63,649 nucleotides of DNA from Guillardia theta CCMP2712 (lineage: Eukaryota; Protista; Cryptophyta). Shown here piece by piece: positions 52,869 through 63,649 of this stretch. Position 1 is the stretch's first letter. Each line of letters opens with the position of its first letter. The notes beneath the pieces are model-generated. The model worked only from the letters and a program-made list of their open reading frames with translations. It made no database searches and had not been told where the DNA came from. The stretch covers positions 602,045-665,693 of the forward strand of contig NW_005434651.1 in NCBI RefSeq assembly GCF_000315625.1. The letters are read 5' to 3'. The translations under genes were made by a program, and so were the position numbers.

Positions 52869-54171
52869 ATGGGAATTCCACGGGCGATTCAGCTGGATCC
52901 GGGTGGGGTAGGGTACTGTCAGGGGTGCGAAGAATGGAGGAGGAAGGGTTCGAGTGGATCCTAGAGGCGGAGGATGCGGTGAGGGCGATGCAGGAGTCTG
53001 GGCTCCTTGAAAACGAGGAGGGAGGAGGAGGAGGAGGAGGAGGAGGAGGAGGAGGAGGAGGAGGAGGAGGAGGAGGAGGAGGAGATAATCTAGATCGAGC
53101 TCGCAAGAGTATCATGATTGTTGGTTGTGGTTCCAGCAAACTGAGCAAGATTCTCTACGACCTCGGCCACCGGAGGATCACGAATGTCGACATAGACGAG
53201 GGGATCATCGAGGACATGAAGAGAAAGTACGAGGAGGAAGCGCCGGAGATGAGCTGGGTTACCTGCGATATCACCAAGGCGAAAGAGTCCCTGGAAGAGG
53301 ATGAATCCTTCGACCTTATCCTCGATAAGGGGACTCTAGATGCTCTCCTCTGCGCGGACGGCGTGACCGATGTATGCTCACAGCTGTCTGCTGCCTCCTC
53401 TTCCTCTCGAGAGGAGCATGGAGAGAGGGACTGACGTTCATCGGGCAGGGGTATATGGAGATCCTGCGGCTGCTCAGGGTTGGCGGAGTATTTTCGGTGA
53501 TCTCTTTCAGACCTGCAGAGCTCATCGCCCAGTTCCTTCGTGTACCTGAGCTGCCGGTGGAGGTTGAGATCAAGACGCTGGAGACAGGCTCGTCGACGAG
53601 GAAGGCCAGCATGTTCCTGCTGCGCAAGATCAGCGCACTGCCCTGGGTAGACCGTGATGAAGTCAGGAGCTACCAGAACGACGTCATCAAGGTCAGCTAG
53701 ACCCACGTCCTCCATCTTCGATCTTGAAGTTCTTGTCCTAGCGATGGTACCAGGAAGAGACTCCCCTGCTGACCGCAGAGCGCGTGATGATGATAAAAGA
53801 AGGGTTCTCCAGTACAGGCAAGTACATCCTCTTTTTCCTCATCCTCCTTGAGCCCATGAGTGAGTTTTTTCCTGCTGTTGTTGGCTGATGATAATACAGG
53901 AAAGGAGAAGCTTGACCTAGAGGCTTGCTACCAAGTATCCTCCTCCTCATTACCCTCGCACGCTAGTGATCTTTCCGACCTGCAGATTTTGTTCTTGCCG
54001 GAGGAAAGGAGTAGCTACGGGTACAACTTCGAGCATTTCCTCGAGGATTTGAAGGATTTCCGGGGGGATGAGGTGAGGGGTAGACAACACGGTCGTCGCT
54101 GACTGAACATGCAGTCGAAGGAGGGGATGAATGCGGAGGAAGCGCTCGAGTTCTTGAAGGAGATGCAGTAG
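52869..54171 (+). CDS. Class I SAM methyltransferase, METTL13/EEF1AKMT4-like, with helical C-terminal extension
   Basis: FEW, IMIVGCGSSKLS, ITNVDID, FDLILDKGTLDALLC, EILRLLRVGGVFSVISF; (GGA)n gives a poly-Gly tract; start uncertain. Confidence 0.85.
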
Positions 54172-54314
54172 AGAGGGAGCAGGAGCAGCTGGTGCAGCAA
54201 CGGAAGGAGCAGCAGGAGAACGGAGAAAGGGGAGTTCGGTGGGGGGGCGGCAGGGAGGGTGCGGCGAGGAGGATATAGCCATTCTCAATATTCCCTTGTC
54301 CATGTAAATATTCC

Positions 54315-56867
54315 TTACAGGCTTGACGCCCCTTTTTCTGCCTTCACGGAGTAGAGCCCCTTGACCCCTTCGGCCTCCTCATCGGCGGGAGGATTCTTGG
54401 CGACGAACTGCTTGAGCTTGCCGGGAGTCTTGTTGGTCCCTTGCTCCTCGTCCATGCAGTAGCACTGGAAGATGGTGTCTATGCAGATCTCCTGTTGAGC
54501 AGGCAAGAGCGTCACTCCGCAAGCGCACACGCAGACGACTACTAACTCACCCACACGTCGAGGAAGATGCTGGCAATGCCGAAGGCGATGAGGAGGATGA
54601 TTGTCATGGGAAAGACGGGGGCGTCGGTAACGTTGCCGTAGTCCCCTCCCACCATGATAAGGGCACAGATGATGCCGGTGACAAGGGCGATGAAGAGCTT
54701 GCCGATGTAGATGTAGATCGTTGCTACGATGTTGAGGGTTCCGATGCGCAGACAATTCCTGACGAGAAGATTGAAGGCTGCGACTGCTGCTGTCCAGAAA
54801 CCAGCCCCAGTGATGGCGGTCTGGATGTACGCGTTCTTGTTGATGAAGTTGAGGAAGCGCTCGAGGCAGGCAAGGCAGCACTCGCCGATAAAGGCGAGCA
54901 CCTTGACGATCTTGGAGTCAGGGTTCATCTTCTTCAGCTGGTACATGTAGTATCTGAAAATCCACCTGATCATCTGGACGACTGCGATGATGAAGCTGCC
55001 CAAGGCTGCTGTGCCCGAGTGGTATCTCAGAGTCCGACGGAAGGAGCTCAGGACAGGGAGCACCAGGTTGAGCTTGTCATCCACCAGGAACCACTGCAGC
55101 ATCACAGTTGTCACTTCAAGAGAACAGGGAAAGTCTCAATCACCTCAGCGCTGGCTCCGGCCACGACCAAGTTGCCGATGGCGAGGATGAAGGACCTGCC
55201 CCACAGGAGCCCGAAGAAGTGGTAGATCATCACCCGCTGTAAAGCCGTGTCCCAGACGTATTGATGAGCGTTGGCGTCCCAGCTGCCAGCGGCCACTAGG
55301 TAGAGCATGACGAAGATCCACCAGACAAAGAGGGAGATCATCACCAACCACTGGAAGATGCAGAAGACGAACACGGAGGGGATCGTCATGATACACTCGG
55401 AGGCGAGCTCGATGACCTCGATGGCGATCAAGACGCGCTTGAACAAGAAGATGAACAAGAGCGTGTAGATCAAGAAAATAACTCCACAGATCACAGCTGC
55501 CGCAATGACCAGGTTCTGATTCTGCTGCGCTTGCTGGAAGGTAAAGCCAGCGGGCAAGTAGCTGCTGGAGTAGGACGACCCGGGCAGCTGAGAGGAGTCG
55601 ATGAAACCTGCCTTGATTGACAAGATGGCCGTCGCACCTCCAAGAAGGAACCACGTGAAGATGAGGACAGCAAAGGTGATCGGCTTCGCTGCAAGGCGAA
55701 GCATCAGAGCATACAGCAGGGACACGCCAAGAGCGATGCCAGCTGAGGCAACGATGACACCCCACTTCTCCTGAATCTGGTCGGTCAGGTAGGCGAAGGA
55801 TTGCTGCGGGCCTTCGAAGGAGCTCATGACGGAGGAAAACGAGCTGCTGTCTGTGGTCGCATTGGCGCCGACCCCCTGAATCTTGCTGGAGATGAAAGGG
55901 AGGCAGCGATTGAAGCCTTTGATGGACGTTGAGGGGTATGGGATGTAGCAGAAGCCGTACTTGTACCCCATCGTGACCCCTGCCACCGTCCCCTTCTCTG
56001 ATTCAGGGATTAGCTCTACATTATCCTGCCCCCCTACCTCTCCTTTGGATTTTCCCGTACAGCACAGATAGGAAGGCGATCCAGAGGAGCATTTGCAGGT
56101 CGGCCGGTACCTCAAACAATCCATGGGCGCTTGCAAAAATCCCGGCTGCTCGAGGTTTGTCCTCCCATCTGCCTCCCCTCCACAGACAATCTTCTGCCGT
56201 GAAGATGTCGCCGGCAGCTCATAGCTGTACATACACCTGCACATGATCGAGTCAGTCTGGGGCCTCTGTGAGAGCGCTTGCTCTACATGATAGAGAGCAT
56301 GGAGGCGTTGGTGAGCCCGCAGTCCTTGAGACATACCGCCCACGTCAGGTCCGTGGAGCTGCTTGTTGAGTTGTAAGGGAAGGGATAGTAGCTGCAAAGG
56401 ACGATCAGCAAAACATCGTAAGGGACAAGGAAGATGATGAGATTACAGGTATTTCAAGCCTTTCACATCTCCGTACCCACAAGTTCGTCCTAGAAAGTCG
56501 TACCCATACCGCAATCTGTTTGGATTTCCTTTGACAAACCCTACGATGCCTACAACCAACATCCCGAACCAGAAGCAAATGAAGAACAGCAGGCAAAGCA
56601 CGTTGGTGCACTTCCTGTCTTGCTTGAGTTCGAAGGTTTCCATTGCAGCCTGTGAAAATCGTCATAAATGCAACATTCCTACCAGGTCATGGTAGGCTTT
56701 GGCCTTTCGTATAATGCACGTCGTGACAGGCAAGGATCAGTGAGCACGAAAGAGGAGGGAAGAGGATGGAGCAGGAGGTACATCTCTGCTGCATGGCTCC
56801 AAGGCTTCACCTGATCTCCACCCTCTCGCTTCGCATCCTCCCTCGCATCTCCCATATCGGCGTCCAT
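54315..56867 (-). CDS. Choline transporter-like (CTL/SLC44 family) protein, paralog 2
   Basis: RKCTNVLCLLFF, YGYDFLGRTCG, RYHSGTAALGSFIIAVVQ, CLERFLNFINKNAYIQTAITG, CIDTIFQCYCMD. Confidence 0.93.
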
Positions 56868-57822
56868 GGCCGCTGGGAAGCCTGCCCTGACCAGCAGCAA
56901 TCACCGCAAAGATTAGGGATTGCTCTTTTCTCTTAGTATTCCATTCGAGAAATGCTCGACCTTGAGGGGGGTAGCTTGCAACTGCAGGCTAGTCAAACTT
57001 CACTACTTTTCGTCCGATGTTACCATGAAAAGCTATAATAATCAGTGGGCCCCAAGGGGGGTGGGGTGGGGGGTCCCTTTTAACCCCGGTACGGGGTGGG
57101 ATGCGGCGTAAGAAGGGGGTCCAGCCAAGCGAAGTGACTCGGAGCAGCTACAGCATGAATGGGAGTTTTAAAATGTATATGAATGCAGTACTGCAGTTTG
57201 AAGCATGGGCGCATTCAGTACAGAGTGTATTTTATTTTGTATCCAGTTTATTCGCAAAGATACGATAATAATTGTATGGAATGCTGCAGCATGTAATGAA
57301 ATTTGTACCTGCAGCAATAAGTCTTGGTACGAAAATCTAATACGAAGTTAATCTTGAGAGAGTTGTTTCTAACAAAATGAGGCGGGCTGGGACAAATGAC
57401 GGTTACGTGGGATCCGAGTACCATAACCGTCACAATGCGTCCATGCCGCCTCTATATGGTGGGGGGGTTGTGGGGGCGGGATCGAGGCATGGAGGATGAG
57501 GAGAGTAGAGGAGAGTAGAGGAGACACTATTTCATGAAACAACAGACCCACGACATGGCAGAGAGGGCGGGGAATGAGAAGTTCATCGGAAGGAGGGCAG
57601 CAACACAGCTTGGCTGTCAGGATCCTAGCAATGATAATATATGTGAGCCGTGAAGTCTGATCGGGAACTTGGAGAGCATGAGCCTGGGCGTTCGAAAGGA
57701 AGTGAAGATTCTGTGGATATACGGGTCGGGAAGTTTTGATAGGAAAGAAACAACCAATGGGTCCTAACAGACGAAGTTTTGGTTGAAGTACAGCAAGTGG
57801 TGAAGGTTGAACGACCATTATC

Positions 57823-60800
57823 ATGGCTAAATCTGGTCAGATCATCTCGGCAATACGCATGAATCGCAAGCCAGGCTTTGCTCTCCTGATCCTTCTATGT
57901 GCGTTGCTCCACGCTCAGTGCTTGTGGGATGATCGCGCATCGATTCAACATTCCACGTGTCGTCGAGCCCTTGCTGAGCATCTTGTGATACGAGGAGGCA
58001 AGAGCGGAGTTTCTGGTTTCAAAAAGTCCAAGTTGAGGTAGCATCGTCGTCGCTATGAGTGCGTGTACGTGTTTTAGTAATCCTACTCCAGTTTGCGCGA
58101 AGAAAAGCGACGAGAAAGAATCGCGAGAGGGAGGAGACTGGAGGTGCTTGTGTCTTTGATTGCAGCTTGCCAAAGTTCTGAGCTGGAATGTTGATCCCAG
58201 AAAGCCGAGGGGAGGAACCAGAGGCAGGCATCGAGGAAGGATCAGAGCTCGAAAAGGAGCAAGTGGAGCACAGAGCGGGCGCTGAAGCAGGTAGAGGGTT
58301 CTTTGACATACACGCACGGCAGGCTCACGTCCTGTCGAACCTTTCAGGCCAAACGGAGGGCAGAAAGAAAGCGCCAACGGATTGAGGTCAGTATCTTGTG
58401 AACCCAGCTGTCTCTCCTGCTGACTGATGATGTAGAGTGCCAAAACCGCAGCCTCGCCTTCTGAAACCGCAGCCTCGCCTTCAAAGTCCCCGACTGTTGC
58501 AAAGAAATCGTCACGGGAGGAGAAGGATGCCGGCGAGGACCTTGTGATATTAGATGAGCACGGACGGAAGATTTCTTCAAAACTGCCAAAGCTAATCTAC
58601 GCGTCTGACGTGGTGCCGGGGGCCGAAATGAAAGACGAAGGATTTCATAGCAAGTTGAAGCCAGTTGTCGATGCCGACGGAAATATCTACTTTGAGGTTT
58701 ATTTGCATGGAACTGCGTCGAGATTGAATGCAGATTGTTAGGATTATCGCTCTCCTGAAGAGCTGAAGAAGGGAAAGGAGGAGCTTGAGAGATGGCTCGA
58801 ACTGAACGACGATAAGTTGGAGGGTGCGAGATTTCATCGTTTGAATTTACAATGTTGTGGTGACGATTTCCCTTCAGTGAAATCGAAGAAGTCCGGCAAG
58901 AAGAAAGTGGGAAAGGACGAACCAAGGGGTATTGCTAAGACGGTGTTTTCAGACTGGTAGCTCGCAAAATTCTTCTAATCACTTTGCAAGAAGACAAAAA
59001 GCCTTCCATTGAAGAAGGACAGTATAATTGAAGGCCTGAAATCAGAAATCTCCAATTTGGAAAGCAAAATTAAGAAGAAGAGGTCTCGCCATATTCTTGT
59101 TGTGAGCCAGAGTGACCAACAATGACCAGGCGAGATATAAGGCAAGTGATCAAGCAAGCAGCTATGGTCCTAAAAAGGACTTCTCCACGAAAGAGTGCGC
59201 AACCTTAGCTCTTGAAGACGTGGCTGACTTCCAGATGTACGTAGAAAGCAGCAAGCAGACTTTGAGTCGTTCAGCTTCTACTCAGCTTCAAACGCATGAA
59301 GTAGAGAAGTCAAATGTAACGACCGCAACACCATCGGCCGAAAAATCGTTTGGCGCTGTCGATTCCTTCCTCCAGAGGCTGCAGAGTTATACCCCTGACA
59401 AGCCTCTGGCTCAAATAGACATTGAGCAGCTCAAACGAGCAGAGGAAGAGAGAAGAAAAGTCGAGGAGGCTCGAGAGAAAGAGCCTTCCAGATTATATGC
59501 GGACAGTGAAGAAAGCAGTGCAGTCCCAACATTTGAGGAGCAGGTACGCCTTGGGAGGCAGTGCTTTCAACTGAAGAGTAGATTCGTAGATGGGTCCCTG
59601 CAACGAATATGGAGATTTTCTTCACATCAAACCTTTCAACAAGACCGTTTACCGACTTTTGCCGCCGATGGAAAGATTGTTCAAAGGACACACAGAGGTG
59701 AAGGCCGCTTGTCACAAACCAAACGGATGTGTTCCCTGATGGTTCTGTAGGAAATCACCTTCACTATTCGGGATCCTGCCGAGCAAGGCCTCGATCCTCT
59801 GAGCTGTTTTGCCGACGAGATTCTTCCCTTATGCAGGCCTCGAATTTCACCCCAGGGAGACTCGGAGGAAGATTGGTCTACCAATATGCAAACGTCGGCA
59901 CAAACTCCTGCTGAACGAGACGAATCCAAACCATCGAGAGTGTCTCCGGCTCAGAACAGGGAAAAGCAAGAAACGATTCTACCAGGTTTTTCATTCGAGA
60001 AGCCCAAGGTGCTGTTGACGACATCTCTTCTTTGACTTTCTGAGCTTGTTCTGCAGCCCGGCGACATTCTTATCACAAAAGGAGGAGCCCAGTCCCTGGT
60101 AGACGCAGTGAACAACGCTGAAACTCAAAATACAAGCAAGAGGATCTTCTTGGGTGAAGGGTACCATGAATACAGCGGCAGGCTGCATCTCAAATTCCCA
60201 GTCATGCTGTTCGCAAAGAAGGTCAGTGTTTGATTTCCTGCTGGGCTATGTGATGTAACAAGTCCCAGGGCGCAACGCTCATCGTCCCTATCCTGGTGGC
60301 ACCAGAAGCTGACTGGACGCGAGGAGGGCAGATGCGCTCAGTCTCAATGCTGCTGGTGAAGAAGCCGCCTGCCTTTGGGCAGTTGGATCCTTTGTTCACC
60401 ATCACCAGCCAAGTCACTTGTTGTCGCATTGCTTCATATGCCATGACGCTGCCTGTCAGGTTGGGAGGATCGAGTGGACGTTCCTCAACTGTGAGCTCAT
60501 GGCCAAGAAGCGAGACGTGCTCAAGGTCAGAAGCAACGTCACGGTCAACGCGCACGTCTGCTTCCTCGGGGGCTACAAGCAGGTAATGCCGTGAAACCAG
60601 CGGTGCCAGAGTGTGAGAGGTGACGGCAGGAGGCGGCGGAAGGGTGCACTCGGTGTGTTGCGGTCGAGGGAGGAGGAGTAGAGGGTCAGCAAGCGAGGCT
60701 CTCCATGACCGGCTGCTCCCTTGCGTTTGGCAAGACAGGGATCGTCACTGGGGGGAACGCCAAGGTGTCGATGAAGCACTCTAGCGTACAGAACTTCAAC

Positions 60801-61136
60801 CTTGGGTGCCAGATGCTGGACGCTGCTCAGGTTCAGTTGCCAGTCGTCAGTCATGCGATCTCAACTTAACGCCTTGAACAGATGGCAGTGACCAACTCTA
60901 CCTTCAAAGCAATAAAGGACGCGGCATTCAGGTCGATCCCCTTACCGAACAACTCGACTTTGAGAGTGGAAAATTCCTCATTCCAGTATGGAGCTCATGT
61001 CTTTGAAAGATCCAGTAGTTCTGACATTTCGATACCAGGGGCGTGCGGTGGTCAACCCCTGATAGGCCGGATAAATGTGAAGGGATATGATGATAAAAAT
61101 GACAAGTCACAAGTCAATCGGGCTGGGACTCAGTGA
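57823..61136 (+). CDS. Signal-peptide protein with charged middle region and C-terminal parallel beta-helix-like domain
   Basis: FALLILLCALLHAQC leader followed by LVIRGG; later exons SLVDAVNNA..RILLGEGYHEY, WTFLNCEL, AVTNSTF, LRVENSSF. Confidence 0.55.
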
Positions 61137-61566
61137 CTGACCCGGGCCTAGAGACTCTCTGTAGTACTACGATAAGGCCTTTCAATGCAAGAGACCCCCG
61201 GCCGCTGCAATACTACAGTTGTCCCGAGCCTCCGAAGAGGTCTGTCACACGTGCTATCATAGACGGTATGCGGCCGGGCGATAACCCGGCGTGGACTAGC
61301 CGCTGAGCGCCCGCGATCACGGCAGGGCCGCAGTGGGCCCGGCGGGACTCCGATCCCGTTGACGTTTCGGAGGATGAGTTGGTGGCAGCCTAGTACCGTG
61401 AGAAGTACATCGGTTGAACCGTGTTCTTTGGGTCCTATATCGGACAGGCTTCAAGTCACCGTCTGAAGGCTGGCTGCCGCCCGGCCGGCAGTGTAGTCCC
61501 TCCGTGTTGTCCCGGGCCCGCCCGGGATTTTTTTTCCTTCTTTGAAAGCTGGTCACCTTATCGGCC

Positions 61567-63649
61567 ATGCTCTTGCCTCGGAGGAAGGCGGAGGAGGGAG
61601 GGAGGGCAGGAGGAGGAGGAGGAGGAGGAGGAGGAGGAGGAGAGAAGAACGGCACCACCAAGAGCCCTTACAGGCTGTTGAGTACTGACGAAGACGGCTT
61701 CACCGATGATTCTGAGATCGATGTTGAGAGCGCAGCAAGCGGATCGCGAAACAGAGGAAGAGGTGGGAGGAAGGACGAGTACGTAGATGATCTCAACGAC
61801 GAGGACGAGTGGGACGAGCAGAGTGAAGGGTCTCAGCGCTATCAGAGCCAGGACGGGCAGTCATATGACAGCTTGGAGGACAGCCAAGGAAGCCAGGACG
61901 AGATTGACGCTGAAAGGTACGAGGAGGATGAGCAATCGAGCGAGAGCCGAAGCAGAGGCGACGAGGAGTACGACGACGAGAACGGGTACAGCCTGAGCGA
62001 GGATGGAGAGCTGGTGTCGGAGAGGAGCGAGTCGCAGGGGAGCGAAGGGAGAGAGATGCAGAGCGGAAGCTGGAGCGAGGCCTCGATGCGAGAGGACGAG
62101 GAGGTGGAGGATGTAAGTTGGAAATTCCTCGACTTGCACCTGTAAACTCTTGTGTTGATCTCTAGGATGACTACGATGAGTTCATCGTCTTGAATCAGTA
62201 CCTGGCTGTCCTCAGGAAGAAGGAGTTGCTACCCCAGGTGAAGGGCAGCTCTGCTTGTGAATGACTGTCCTGTCCTGTTCCTCCCCCCTCTCGCTGCGTC
62301 TTCCTAGTTTCTCCTCTCTATCGTTTGCACGCTCTTGCAGACTTGTTTTGCCTCCGCCCTTCCAGCTCCCTGCTCCCTGCTCCCTGCTCCCTGCTCTTTG
62401 CTCCCTGCTCCCTTCTCCCATCTCTCACGCAGTACTTCAGATCCTCACGCTGCACGAAGCCATAGAAGCCTTTCACAAGCATGCTGTCTTCCACGAGAAT
62501 GCAAGCAAAGTTGAAAAAACGCTGAACGTGCAGGAGTTTCAGACTTTGATCCAGTCCGTGCTGGCGGAGAAGGTCACCCTCTCTACCTCGAACCCTCCTC
62601 TCCTGACTCTCCCTCCAAGGTCTGGGCCAGCACCTCCACGAAAATCTCTGAAGCAGACAGTCGTTCAGACATTGGGGACAAGGAAGAGGAGGAGGAGGAG
62701 GAGGAGGAGGAGGAGGAGGAGGAGGAGGAGGGGAGAGCTCAAAGAGTTACACAAACCCGCAACGCTTTCAAGAACATCATCGAACATGTTGAGAACGGGC
62801 GACTGAGCACCCTCAAGGTGGAACGTAGCCTTTGTTTTTGGGATTCACTGATGTGAGTTGCAGGAGGCGGAGGAAGGAGATGTCAACTCTTCCAACGATG
62901 CTGCAAGCACTGAGAACGCGAGGGAGCGGAGGGCTGAGACCTTGAGGAGGGAGCAGGGGGACGGGAGCAGGCAGGTGGGAGGCAGGCAGGAGGAGGAGGA
63001 GAGGAGAGAAGATCGCAACGAGTTCATGAATGCATGGAAGGAAAGTTTTGACATCACCAGGAGCCAGCCAAGGAAGGTCAACATCGACAACTTCCAGCAG
63101 GAGAGGAGAAGCACGGGGGACAGCCAGGAAAACAGAAGGTCAGGATACTCTAGAGTCTCCAACCAGTCCCAGCAGTCCCTGCTGGACGGTGAGTCGCCCC
63201 TGAGCTCAAGAGAGTCGAAGGAGGCGCCGAGGACGACTGGCCGAGTTGGCCAGCTGCTGGGAAAGTTCGAGGGGGGCAGGAATGCCGTCCAGCCGAGCGC
63301 CATTGGGGAGGCATCGCCATTGGGGGGGAGGGGGAGGGAGATGCCGAGCGTGAGGGTGCAGGAGGAGAAGGGAGTGTACCTGCGGCAGGCAGAGGCGGAG
63401 CAGGAGAGGGGACTGCAGGAGAAGTGCGTCAAGCTGGAGCTGAGAAATCAAGAGCTGAAGGATCTGGTGTCGAGGATGATCGCTGAGCGGCAGAAGGAGA
63501 TGGAGACGAAGAGGTCGGAAGACGTCGACGCTAAGATCGAAAGCCTTGAGCAGGAGGTTCTGCGATGGAAGGTGGCGGCGCAGGATGAGCTTGCGGTGAG
63601 GAAGAGGAGGAAGGAGGAGGAGGAGGAGGAGGAGGAGGAGGGAGGGGGG
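61567..63649 (+). CDS. Acidic, coiled-coil hypothetical protein, runs off the window end
   Basis: 192-aa D/E-rich first exon, further exons, and a terminal heptad-rich frame (LQEKCVKLELRNQELKDLVSRM..). Confidence 0.6.

Noticed and set aside
58443-58482. 19-bp direct repeat with 21-bp period
   Set aside because: Most likely a simple in-frame coding duplication (TAASPS twice)

Overview
Gene-dense, intron-rich eukaryotic nuclear DNA with short GT-AG introns, many GA/CT microsatellites and two 100-N scaffold gaps. Composition and gene style suggest a secondary-plastid alga, most likely a cryptophyte such as Guillardia theta (inference). About 20 protein-coding genes are supportable. Recognisable housekeeping genes: exocyst Sec8, RAD18, a proteobacterial-type asd, an intronless PabAB, two choline-transporter-like paralogs, a SAM methyltransferase and a PWI protein. 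Unusual genes, most interesting first: (i) a SLOG/LSDAT(TRPM-like) + tandem SLATT membrane protein matching prokaryotic nucleotide-sensing conflict systems (17452-20350, minus); (ii) an AIG1/GIMAP-like GTPase fused to an intact class-3 lipase and a TPR-like/degenerate J-like tail (37462-41558, minus); (iii) a signal peptide + WW + bacterial ExoD fusion; (iv) a degenerate IGPS/TrpC-like barrel; (v) RAD18 with a WW-like tail. Intergenic DNA has recurring CCGG-rich and GGGGT-rich patchwork blocks, one containing a 42-bp copy of the neighbouring lipase exon. No rRNA, tRNA, CRISPR array or recognisable transposase was seen. Exon joins were worked out by eye and domain calls come from motif recognition, not database searches.
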